Source of the DNA: Schmidtea polychroa
Lineage: Eukaryota
Direction of reading: 5' to 3'
Assembly: GCA_044892525.1 (NCBI GenBank)
Contig: CM097888.1
Location: forward strand, 47,058,001-47,122,000
DNA: 64,000 nt
Made by a program: the position numbers and the translations under genes. A model generated the notes under the pieces. The model saw only the letters and a program-made list of their open reading frames with translations. It did no database searches and had not been told where the DNA came from. Below, piece by piece: positions 1 to 9,178 of this stretch (the stretch's first letter is position 1; each line of letters opens with the position of its first letter).

Positions 1-3000
1 GATGCAAGTGGATATGCAGCCGGAGCAATATTAGGACAACTCGACGAAGAAGGAAAAGAAAGAGTGATTGGATACTACAGTAGAACGTTTAAAAAGCACG
101 AGAAAAACTATTCCGTAACCGAGAGAGAAGCGTTAGCAATCATACAAGCAATTAAACACTTTCGATATTTACTATGGGGACACGAAATATGTATCACCAC
201 GGATCATCAACCATTAGTATGGCTTGGTCAACACAAAGAAGCTTCAAGTAGATTGATGCGATGGGCAATGCAGTTACAAGAATATTCACCGTTCATAAAA
301 TTCAAAGCGGGAAGAGCGAATGCCAATGCGGATTGTATGTCCAGATTTATCTTTCCAGATTTAGTAGATCACGAAATGCAACGAATATGTCTGATGGTAG
401 CAGAAGATTTAGATTTTTGCCAATTACGGAAAGACCAACAAGAGGATACAGAGTTGAAGCAAATCATTGAATATGTGAAAACAGGGAAAGCAGAGGTATA
501 TGAGAAAGATCAAAAATTGAAGGAGCATATGGATAAACATCGACATCGATATATTATCGAGAAAGATTGGTTATTGATAATGGATGGCGAGAAAAGACTG
601 ATGTGCATTCCCGAGAATAGACGTAAAGATCTACTAACACAATACCATGACGGAAGACTCGGAGGACATATGTCATCTAAAAAGACGTTGGCACGAATGA
701 AACAAAAATATTTTTGGCCTACATTGACCGAGGATGTAACGGAATGGGTGAAAAATTGCATAACTTGCGCAACCAGAAAAAACACGGGAACAAAATGGAA
801 GGCACCATTAAAGCCAATGCCAGTACCAGCAGAACCAATGACAATGATATCAATGGACGTAGTCGGTCCACTACCAGAATCAGATAGAGGAAATATATAT
901 ATATTGGTAATCACAGATTATTTGACAAAATTCCCCGAAGCATTCGCAATGGCAGATCAGAAAGCAAGAACAATCGCAAAAATATTAGTAGAGGAAATAT
1001 GTTGTCGATATGGAACGCCGAAACAAATACTGACGGATCAAGGAACGAATTTCATGAGCGAAATAATGAGCGAAGTCACCAACTACTTCAAGATCGCAAA
1101 ATTAAGAACATCACCGTACCATCCACAAACTAATGGTATGACAGAAAGATTCAATGGAACACTGATTCAAATGTTATCAAATTATGTCGATCGTCATCAA
1201 CGAGACTGGGATGAATATATAAAATTATGTCTAATGGCTTACAGAATGTCGATTCACGCGTCCACAAAGATGAGTCCGTTCAAGTTGATGTACGGCAGAG
1301 AATGCAATATGCCAATGGATTTAGAATATCAGCCACCGATATCACAATACATGGAAATAGACGATTATGTAACCAAGTTCAAGGAAAGAATGCAGGAAAT
1401 CTGGGAAACCGCAGGATTGAATATAAAATTTTATCAAGAAAGTTACAAAGAGTTACATGATAGAAAGAAAAACGTCAAACAGCATACGTTTCAAACAGGC
1501 GAATGGGTGATGATTGAAACACCAGAATTAATTCCAGGAACCACCAAAAAATTACAACGAAACGGTAAAGGGCCGTATGAGATTCTATTCGTCGGAGAAA
1601 CTAATGTAAGAGTACGATTAGTGAACAACCCTTTTACAAGACCAATATACGTAAATGTTGCACGATGTAAGCCAATTCCGAAAACCGCCACCAGTCAGCC
1701 GGAAGGACGTACACTAACGACAAGATCACAAACGTATAGAATAAACATGTTACAGCAAATAAACGAACCAACAGGTAATCGATTAGGGTTACAACCATCA
1801 GAAGCCGAGAAAATCATAAAGGAAGTAAAAGTTAAAATGCCCGGATGGGCAGAAGACAGATTAGATTTTGAGATATTGGGAGGTCTGCTAACAATGATCG
1901 AAAATTATGCAAACCGAGAAAGAACACACCCATTGCTCAGGGTAGTTAAAAGTCAATGGCCTATATTATTCACGATCACAGACCACTACGGAGACACACC
2001 CCTGCACAAGCTTTTAAAGGTGGGTAGTAACGAACAGATATTAGAAACAATTGAAGCATTTCGCGATTGTAACATTTCGACAGATCAAGAAAACAACCAA
2101 GGTTACACTCCACTAATGATAGCAGCCAATCGGGATAAAGCTAAAGATATTATCATCGCATTACTTGAAACTGGGTCAAGGATAACCACACAAGATCACA
2201 ACCAGAAAAATGCATTACATCATGCAATCGAAGGGAAAAGTACGGAAGCCTTCATAATCTTAGTAGATCTAATATCATACGAGGATAATAGAGAGATAGG
2301 AAACATGTATGACGGGCTATTAACTGCAATCAAAGAGAAATTAACAACAATTACTGGAATACTAATTGCATGGAGGAACCCGATAAAAAACGATTATATG
2401 GTAGATATAAACGAAACATTTACCAAAGGAGAAAATACCTTGATGAGAGAAGCGATGAGAGGACATCACCTATTCGAAATTCCAAATCAACTACTACAAC
2501 GAGGCATAAAATTCTCAAATCACAAAGACGAACAACTAATCAGAAAACGAATTACCAACTTCGAAAAAGCTATATCTCAATTTACCGATAAAGTACAAGT
2601 AAAATTTTGGGACACCGTGAGTGTTTTACATATGATGGAAACTATGAACAACATTCGAGAAAACTACCTAAGTATTATTCAAGTTCTAACGGCAGAGGAA
2701 CGCATTAACAGTTCGAACAAGAAAAAGATAAAAATGAAGAAAGTAAAAGCAAGAGAGTCTGAGGAACAAGTCGATCAACCAATAACCGATATAGCAACAA
2801 CAAGTAAACCAAAGATAATAAACTCCGACCAAGAGATAGTAGTACGTAAGGCTAAAGAAGTATTCTTTGAAGAAATGCAAGATCTATCCGATGAAGCGAT
2901 ACTAGCAAAAATAACCAAAACAGTACACACCTACGCAAGAGATCAGACCACAAATCTAGACATAGGAAAAATAAAAACATTTATACCACTAGCATTCACC

Positions 3001-4983
3001 TTACCAACAAAAGACTCAAGAACACCATTACAACAAGCCATTTTAGCAGCAAAAGAGAACAGAGCAATAACCATCATAAGAATCCTCAGAGACTTCGGAG
3101 AAGAATCTAATGCAAAAAACGAACAAGGGGAAACAGCAATGATGTATGCAGCCATAACAAATATACACCCGAAAACATTACATATACTACATCAATCAGG
3201 TTCGAGACTTGACGAAAGATCAAACGAAGGAAATTCTGCCATGGATTGGGCAACAATACAACCAAACTTGGAAATGATTAGATTCATTTGCAAAAATGCT
3301 ACAAGAACTGAGGTAGAAAATATCTGTAAAAACACGTCACAGTTCCAATGGAACACGATACGGATGAACTTAGAAGCCATGAAGTTGCTGCTAACATGGA
3401 GAATACCACAGAGCAATAAATATGCAATAAATATAAATGAGTTCTACGAAAACGGAGAAAATGCTATGGTTAAAAATACACTAACAAAAGGAGGAACTCC
3501 GAAAATCATAATGATCGTATTAAACAGAGAAGATCTCAAATTCACGCAGAATCTAAACGAACAAAAGCGAATCGGGAAACATCGTCGGATACAATTAAGA
3601 GAATTAGTGAAAGAATGGAATAGAAAGAGACATGTAGCAACAGGCAGAAAGGAGTTCGAACTCGAAGCAAAATTAGCAAGAAACAGAGTGCTAACGGCAT
3701 ACCGCAGATTGTTGAATGATATAAATGTCGAGGACGACATTTTAAACGATAGCGGGGGAGATAAAGACGATAAAGACGATAAAGACGACGATAATAATGA
3801 AAAAGGTCGAAACGGGAATAAAGAGAAAGAGAAATCAGAGGAGAATAATCAAGAAAATAACGACGCGAGTAGGAAAAAAGAGGAAAATAACCCGAGAAAC
3901 CGAATAAAGCAAGAAGAAAAGACGAATAGTGGAAAACAGAGGGTATGCCTACTTTTTACCAACAAAGAAATGGAGACAAATATGATGATAATGATACTCG
4001 TACTAACAATGGTGGAAATGATAACAGCCCAGGGAGGAATGAGAACGATAAAAGAAGTCAAAGAAACGGAAAATAAGGACAGCAAAGAGGAAGAACTAAA
4101 ACAAGAAAAGAAAAAACAAGTACAAGAGCAGCAATGGGATCTAAAAGAAGAATGGGATTTAAAAGAAAGGTGTATATTAGGAAGATGTATGTCTAGAGCT
4201 TATCAGAGACTAGTGTTAAAAAATGAAGATGCAGAACCAATAACGGAAGTAAGAATACAAGAAGCATACCGAAATCGAGAAGGAAAGAGAATAACGAAAG
4301 TCAAAGGGAAGGAGGTACACCTGGGAAAAGGAGGTGAGGTAGTGATAACGCAACTCCAGCCAAGAAAAGAACACAAAGTCTGCATCGCAAGATTAAGACC
4401 GGGTGAAGACTGTCTACAATATGTAATACAGCAACAACCTCCAAAAGAATACACAATATGCATCTGGAGAAAAGATACAGCGAGAGAATGTCGACGATAC
4501 CCTGGGAAAAGAGGGAAGAAAAGAAAAATCGATGATGAAAAAGATGAGCAAGGAAAACGCAAGAAAAACAGTGAGAAACATCAAGACAACTATGTATCCG
4601 AAGAGGAGATGGAGAAAATACAAAAAATGGCAAAGGAAGGTATGAACGAGGAAATAGCAAGAATACGAGGAATGATGAAAGGAAATGGCAAAGACGGTAA
4701 TCTAAAAAGCACAGAAGCAATATCAACAATAACGAGCAAGGAAAAAGCGGAAATTATAAGCATAAAACAGATGATGTGGATCAGCGGTATAATAATAACA
4801 GGGGCCTTTTTAATCATAACGGGGGGGACAATAAAAATAATCAAAGACAGACGACATCGCGGGGAATTAGAAATGACCAGAATAAGAAATTTTCAACATC
4901 GTGTAAAACGACCAAGTAATATCAAGCAGGAACAGTGGGTGGAGGCCTGGAATGCTCAGCGCCCTCCAAGCTCACGTATATAG
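1..4983 (+). CDS. pol: Pol polyprotein C-terminal part: RNase H - integrase - ankyrin modules - membrane-anchored tail (frame open from base 1)
   Basis: Frame 1 is open from 1 (DASGYAAGAILGQ...NYSVTEREALA...TDHQPL, RNase H). Integrase HHCC (YHDGRLGGH...CITC), D-D35-E (SMDVVGP, TDQGTNF, NGMTERFN) and GPY motif. Ankyrin motifs GDTPLH, GYTPLMIAA, KNALHHA, RTPLQQA, GETAMMYAA, GNSAMDWA. Hydrophobic segments at about 3982-4030 and 4771-4842. No stop until 4981. Confidence 0.95.
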   Translation, partial: DASGYAAGAILGQLDEEGKERVIGYYSRTFKKHEKNYSVTEREALAIIQAIKHFRYLLWGHEICITTDHQPLVWLGQHKEASSRLMRWAMQLQEYSPFIKFKAGRANANADCMSRFIFPDLVDHEMQRICLMVAEDLDFCQLRKDQQEDTELKQIIEYVKTGKAEVYEKDQKLKEHMDKHRHRYIIEKDWLLIMDGEKRLMCIPENRRKDLLTQYHDGRLGGHMSSKKTLARMKQKYFWPTLTEDVTEWVKNCITCATRKNTGTKWKAPLKPMPVPAEPMTMISMDVVGPLPESDRGNIYILVITDYLTKFPEAFAMADQKARTIAKILVEEICCRYGTPKQILTDQGTNFMSEIMSEVTNYFKIAKLRTSPYHPQTNGMTERFNGTLIQMLSNYVDRHQRDWDEYIKLCLMAYRMSIHASTKMSPFKLMYGRECNMPMDLEYQPPISQYMEIDDYVTKFKERMQEIWETAGLNIKFYQESYKELHDRKKNVKQHTFQTGEWVMIETPELIPGTTKKLQRNGKGPYEILFVGETNVRVRLVNNPFTRPIYVNVARCKPIPKTATSQPEGRTLTTRSQTYRINMLQQINEPTGNRLGLQPSEAEKIIKEVKVKMPGWAEDRLDFEILGGLLTMIENYANRERTHPLLRVVKSQWPILFTITDHYGDTPLHKLLKVGSNEQILETIEAFRDCNISTDQENNQGYTPLMIAANRDKAKDIIIALLETGSRITTQDHNQKNALHHAIEGKSTEAFIILVDLISYEDNREIGNMYDGLLTAIKEKLTTITGILIAWRNPIKNDYMVDINETFTKGENTLMREAMRGHHLFEIPNQLLQRGIKFSNHKDEQLIRKRITNFEKAISQFTDKVQVKFWDTVSVLHMMETMNNIRENYLSIIQVLTAEERINSSNKKKIKMKKVKARESEEQVDQPITDIATTSKPKIINSDQEIVVRKAKEVFFEEMQDLSDEAILAKITKTVHTYARDQTTNLDIGKIKTFIPLAFTLPTKDSRTPLQQAILAAKENRAITIIRILRDFGEESNAKNEQGETAMMYAAITNIHPKTLHILHQSGSRLDERSNEGNSAMDWATIQPNLEMIRFICKNATRTEVENICKNTSQFQWNTIRMNLEAMKLLLTWRIPQSNKYAININEFYENGENAMVKNTLTKGGTPKIIMIVLNREDLKFTQNLNEQKRIGKHRRIQLRELVKEWNRKRHVATGRKEFELEAKLARNRVLTAYRRLLNDINVEDDILNDSGGDKDDKDDKDDDNNEKGRNGNKEKEKSEENNQENNDASRKKEENNPRNRIKQEEKTNSGKQRVCLLFTNKEMETNMMIMILVLTMVEMITAQGGMRTIKEVKETENKDSKEEELKQEKKKQVQEQQWDLKEEWDLKERCILGRCMSRAYQRLVLKNEDAEPITEVRIQEAYRNREGKRITKVKGKEVHLGKGGEVVITQLQPRKEHKVCIARLRPGEDCLQYVIQQQPPKEYTICIWRKDTARECRRYPGKRGKKRKIDDEKDEQGKRKKNSEKHQDNYVSEEEMEKIQKMAKEGMNEEIARIRGMMKGNGKDGNLKSTEAISTITSKEKAEIISIKQMMWISGIIITGAFLIITGGTIKIIKDRRHRGELEMTRIRNFQHRVKRPSNIKQEQWVEAWNAQRPPSSRI

Positions 4984-5151
4984 AAAGGATTATGACTGTA
5001 TATAGATTGTAAAAAGTAAGTAGGAAATATTTATTTATATAACAATATTCTATATTTTTATATAAGCGCGGTATCAATAGTATATAATGATGGGGATAAT
5101 TAATATGAAAATAAAATTAGATAAGGATTGAAAAGTATATATAAATTAAGA

Positions 5152-5511
5152 ATGGAGCGAATAGGCGAGGAAGTAAACCACAGTACAACAACCGAGGAGA
5201 TGTGGAAACAACAATGTGCAATGTTAACTCAAGTGATTTCGAATTTACAGGAACAAGGACTCGCTGTACAAAGAAGCTTAGTCGAAAGTTTAAATAAAGG
5301 CTTCAATTATGTAAGAATAATCGAAGACCAACGAATGAAAATAGAACAAATGCAGCGAGAGATAGACCGAATATCACGATACAGCCAGGTGCAAGAAGAG
5401 GAGTTAATAAGAATCGCGGAAGAGATGGAGCGAGAGGAGATAGAAGACTGGTCAGAATGGTTAACCAGCAGGGAAGAGGGCGGACAAGAGGCCGACTCTT
5501 CCAGCCAATAA
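5152..5511 (+). CDS. Retroelement accessory ORF, about 119-aa coiled-coil protein of unknown function
   Basis: ATG at 5152 in an open frame with E/Q/R-rich heptad-like composition; same strand and base bias as neighbouring ORFs; AT-rich spacers on both sides. Confidence 0.7.
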   Translation: MERIGEEVNHSTTTEEMWKQQCAMLTQVISNLQEQGLAVQRSLVESLNKGFNYVRIIEDQRMKIEQMQREIDRISRYSQVQEEELIRIAEEMEREEIEDWSEWLTSREEGGQEADSSSQ

Positions 5512-5601
5512 ATATAACCTAAAATAGCAATGTAAATAAATGTAAATAAAAAACACGAAACTGTACCAGTAACGAATATATGTATATATATAATTATAGA
5601 A

Positions 5602-6990
5602 ATGGATAAGCGACAACGAGAAGAATTCAGAGAAATTGTTGAACAAATCAGAAAGTCCACCACAATTCGAATACACAACCATGTAACGTGTGGAATATGC
5701 AAGAGCTTATTAAGAGAACCTCACCAAACCAGATGTGGATGCAGAATGTGCAAAGAATGTATAGAGGAGATAATAAAGAAGGGACCACAATGGTGCCCAG
5801 TATGCAAAGAAACAATGATAACAAGTTTGGGAGATACAAACGAAGATAAAGCAGCTGTAAAAGATATGTTAAATGCAAACCTAGGATGTAAAAACACCCC
5901 ATGTAATTGGCGAGGAGTGATATGGGAAGTGAGGCAACATATGGAGCAATGTGAGTATAAAATCAGTCAATGCAAACGTTGCCAAGAAGAGATTAAAGTC
6001 AATGAAGAAGCAGAACATCAAAGTCGATGCGAAGAAAGACTGGAGAAATGCGAGTATTGCGGAGAAAACGACACCTGGAAGAAACTAATCAGTCAACATC
6101 ACAACATACAAGAGGAGAAAGTGTGCGCAGAATTCAGAGGAGAATGCCCCAACAAATGCGATAAACCCGGAGTAATAAAACTCGCTCAACATCTAAAAGA
6201 GTGTGAAAGAAAAAAGATAACGTGTGTGCTAGGAAAATGGGGATGTCAGAAACAATTACACCGAGGGGAATTACCCCAACATCTAGCAGAAAACGTATCA
6301 ACACACGCGGAAATATGGTCAACGGTATTACAGGAAAACGAAAGGAAAACCGAAAACTTAGAAAGAGAAATAGTCTCGCTAAAAGCGTTGGTAAAAGAAC
6401 TATTGGAAGAAAAGGAAGCATTTGAAGAGGCGAGAACAAGTACAAAGATACAGACAGATCTAGTAGAAACTAGCAACATTATGGTGAAAGAACTATATCA
6501 AAAAGTAAGCGAATTAAACCTCAACGAATTAATACCTACGGCTCCGTACATATGGAAAATAACGGGAGTAAAAGAGAAGATGCAGAGAGCGAGAAATGGA
6601 AAGGATACAACATTACTAAGTCCAGCATTCTACTCATGGAAAAACGGGTATAAAATGAAAATGAAAGCATACCCCAATGGGGATGGAAGTGCATACGGAA
6701 CGCATTTCTCAGTATTCTTCTTGATGTGCAAAGGGCCATACGACGAGTTAATAGAATGGCCATTCAAAGCAAAAATAGACCTCGCAATGATGAACTATCA
6801 AAGTATACACGAACAGAGTTTCCATACAGCGGGAAACCTCGTATGTTACCAAAGGCCCTTGGAAGAAGAAGGACCAGCAACCGGAGCACCAAATTTCATC
6901 CTACAGCGGAAAGTAGAAGACATGACGAGAAACGACACTATATACATAAAAATAGCGGTGAGGCGAGACGGGAAGAGTAGGACTGAGTAG
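5602..6990 (+). CDS. TRAF: Full-length intronless TRAF-family protein (RING, TRAF zinc fingers, coiled coil, TRAF-C/MATH), 462 aa
   Basis: RING CGIC...P..TRCGCRMCKEC...CPVC; repeated C-x-C/H TRAF fingers; coiled coil ENERKTENLEREIVSLKALV; MATH hallmarks YIWKI, SPAFYS..GYKM..KAYPNGDG...GTHFSVFF..KGPYDELIEWPF. Paralog (TRAF2/3/5-like) cannot be resolved by eye. Confidence 0.95.
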   Translation: MDKRQREEFREIVEQIRKSTTIRIHNHVTCGICKSLLREPHQTRCGCRMCKECIEEIIKKGPQWCPVCKETMITSLGDTNEDKAAVKDMLNANLGCKNTPCNWRGVIWEVRQHMEQCEYKISQCKRCQEEIKVNEEAEHQSRCEERLEKCEYCGENDTWKKLISQHHNIQEEKVCAEFRGECPNKCDKPGVIKLAQHLKECERKKITCVLGKWGCQKQLHRGELPQHLAENVSTHAEIWSTVLQENERKTENLEREIVSLKALVKELLEEKEAFEEARTSTKIQTDLVETSNIMVKELYQKVSELNLNELIPTAPYIWKITGVKEKMQRARNGKDTTLLSPAFYSWKNGYKMKMKAYPNGDGSAYGTHFSVFFLMCKGPYDELIEWPFKAKIDLAMMNYQSIHEQSFHTAGNLVCYQRPLEEEGPATGAPNFILQRKVEDMTRNDTIYIKIAVRRDGKSRTE

Positions 6991-7209
6991 AGAGACGAAT
7001 AATTTTGTATATACTAATTGTAAATATCGGCGTATATATCCAGTAAAATATTATATAGTAGTGTAGAAAATTCCCCCCAAATCTACCAAAGGTAAACTTA
7101 AGCGGAAAACTCCTAAAACAACTCCTATAACGAATTATAAAAATAAATAAATAATAAACCAGATATAAGCGTACAACGTTGAGTTAATGATATCGTTATT
7201 TAGACAAAG

Positions 7210-8031
7210 ATGACACAAAAAGGAACTGAAGCCCCAAACCACGAAACCAAAGTCAATAAAATCCATAAGGGAAAATGGGTCAAAGTAATGTTACAATTGA
7301 CGAACCAGACCCACAACCATCTCGAAGAGGCCAGGGAATACGAGAATAACAAATATCAGTGGTTAGTAAACAATTTAAGAGCCGAAGCAGAAGCATGCAA
7401 AAGAGCCTCTAAGTGGGCATCATTGGAAAACACTCGCCAAGAAGCGCACAGCCACTATTTAAAACAGTTAGTGCAGGAAGCACGGAAACGATTGACGGAC
7501 GAAAACACAAAACGAGAAGCAGAAAAACAAAAGGAAGGAAGGAAAATGAATCACCTATTGGCAGAAGCCCGAAACTGGAAGCGGCAGAACAAAGAGATGA
7601 AAAAAGAAATGAAAGAATTGCCTATGAGATTAGAATACGAAAGCGAACAAGGCAAATGGGAGGAAAATCTGGTCATAAGAGAAGAACTGAAACGGCTCAG
7701 AAAGATTGCGGCCCGAAGCCAAACATGGCAGACCAAAGCCATGGAATTTGAAAGACATCTAGCCATGAAAATCTCCATAAGGGAGCACGAGAATGCCGCA
7801 ATGGAAGAACTGATACTTCAACAGTCAGGACGACTCGTGGAACTGGTGAATAAGGTCGCAGAACTAGAACGAGATGTCAACGGATACCAAGGAGCTCTGG
7901 AGCAGAGAAATATGGTACTGGCGGGGAAAAACAAAAAGTTAGAAAACGAAAGGAAAATGTATAACGAAAATCTTAAAAATCTGGAGATAGAGATCAAGAA
8001 ATGGGAAAACGGCGAAAAGCGGAAGAGCTAG
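7210..8031 (+). CDS. Retroelement accessory ORF, 273-aa coiled-coil protein (possibly continues into 8001-8246 across a frameshift)
   Basis: Long open frame with E/K/R/L heptad composition; preceded by ttttag|acaaagATG. Confidence 0.75.
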   Translation: MTQKGTEAPNHETKVNKIHKGKWVKVMLQLTNQTHNHLEEAREYENNKYQWLVNNLRAEAEACKRASKWASLENTRQEAHSHYLKQLVQEARKRLTDENTKREAEKQKEGRKMNHLLAEARNWKRQNKEMKKEMKELPMRLEYESEQGKWEENLVIREELKRLRKIAARSQTWQTKAMEFERHLAMKISIREHENAAMEELILQQSGRLVELVNKVAELERDVNGYQGALEQRNMVLAGKNKKLENERKMYNENLKNLEIEIKKWENGEKRKS

Positions 8032-8246
8032 AAAAACAGATAGAGGTAAGAGACGATGAAACCAGGTATCTAACATACCTGTTGGACGAGGAACTTAACG
8101 TGTCAAGAGCACTAAGAGACGAAGTGCAAGAACTTAGAGCGCAGATTCCCCGGTACTACATCCCATTTGATCCCATCGCACTCCAATTACAAACGTCAGT
8201 AGAAAGCGATGAGGGATATGTAGGCCAGGAAGAGACCTTTGTATAA
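8001..8246 (+). CDS. Short overlapping ORF, likely the frameshifted C-terminus of the 7210 ORF
   Basis: Overlaps the previous ORF by 31 nt in another frame and continues the coiled-coil pattern (AEELEKQIEVRDDETRYL); no spacer or acceptor in front of it. Confidence 0.5.
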   Translation: MGKRRKAEELEKQIEVRDDETRYLTYLLDEELNVSRALRDEVQELRAQIPRYYIPFDPIALQLQTSVESDEGYVGQEETFV

Positions 8247-8421
8247 AGATAAAAGGAAAGATAAAAAATATAAAAATCGGGACCTGTATCCCAACCAAAA
8301 AAAATTAATGGTACAGTAAAAGTATGAAAGGGACTGTAACCCTGATTATAAAATAACATATAAATGTATAAGTATAAGCCGCACTGTAGCGCAATTATTA
8401 ATTATGTATATATTATAGAAA

Positions 8422-9123
8422 ATGAACACTGAAAACGGACAACCCAGCATAACATCTATAATTGAGTTAGAAGAGGGAGAAATTGAAGTTGATGAAGTGG
8501 AGAGGAAGAAAACTATCAAGGAAGAATTACAAGAAGAGAGACAGGAAAACGAAAGATTAGTTGAAAGATGGAGAGATAATCGAAAAATGATTAAAGTATT
8601 GAAAAGAGAATATATCTTGTTAGAAGGAGTAAAGAAAGAAGTAGAGGAGGAAAACGAATGGCTTCACGAGCAAAGAAAGCGAGGGAGAAATTGGGAAAAG
8701 ATCGCGGAAGAATTATGGCAGGAGAGGGCCAGTCGAAAGGCCGACGAAGTGATTAGTGACTATTGGAAAACCGAGGCACGGAAACACCAGGAAAGCCTGA
8801 AAGAGTTACAACTCCAACTACACCAAAAACAGAAAGAATGTGAGATAATGAGACGAATGAACAACAAATACCAGGAAATAGACAACGAAGAGGACGGGGA
8901 AAGGGAAAATGATTTTCTACAGATAATGAACCATAGAAACCTCGAAAGAGCAACACAAGAAATAAAAGCACTAAAAGGAAAAATAATAACCCTAAGGCAA
9001 CAGTTAGACGAAAGAGACAAACAATTAAAAGTACTACCCGAATTGAGAAAACGAGTAATAAAAGCAGAAACGAGAGTGATGAGAACATCCGAGAAAACCC
9101 GTAAAAAGAAAACCCGGCAATAA
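8422..9123 (+). CDS. Retroelement accessory ORF, 233-aa coiled-coil protein with basic C-terminus
   Basis: Open frame, highly charged heptad composition, ends KTRKKKTRQ; preceded by ttatag|aaaATG. Confidence 0.75.
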   Translation: MNTENGQPSITSIIELEEGEIEVDEVERKKTIKEELQEERQENERLVERWRDNRKMIKVLKREYILLEGVKKEVEEENEWLHEQRKRGRNWEKIAEELWQERASRKADEVISDYWKTEARKHQESLKELQLQLHQKQKECEIMRRMNNKYQEIDNEEDGERENDFLQIMNHRNLERATQEIKALKGKIITLRQQLDERDKQLKVLPELRKRVIKAETRVMRTSEKTRKKKTRQ

Positions 9124-9178
9124 TTAAAGATGAATGATCAATGTAAATAATTGTAAATAAAAATTTTCGTATAGTAGT

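Noticed and set aside
3940-4983. Calling the Pol tail or the 9179 ORF a bona fide env
   Set aside because: No furin site plus fusion peptide or known fusogen motif recognised; reported only as membrane proteins.
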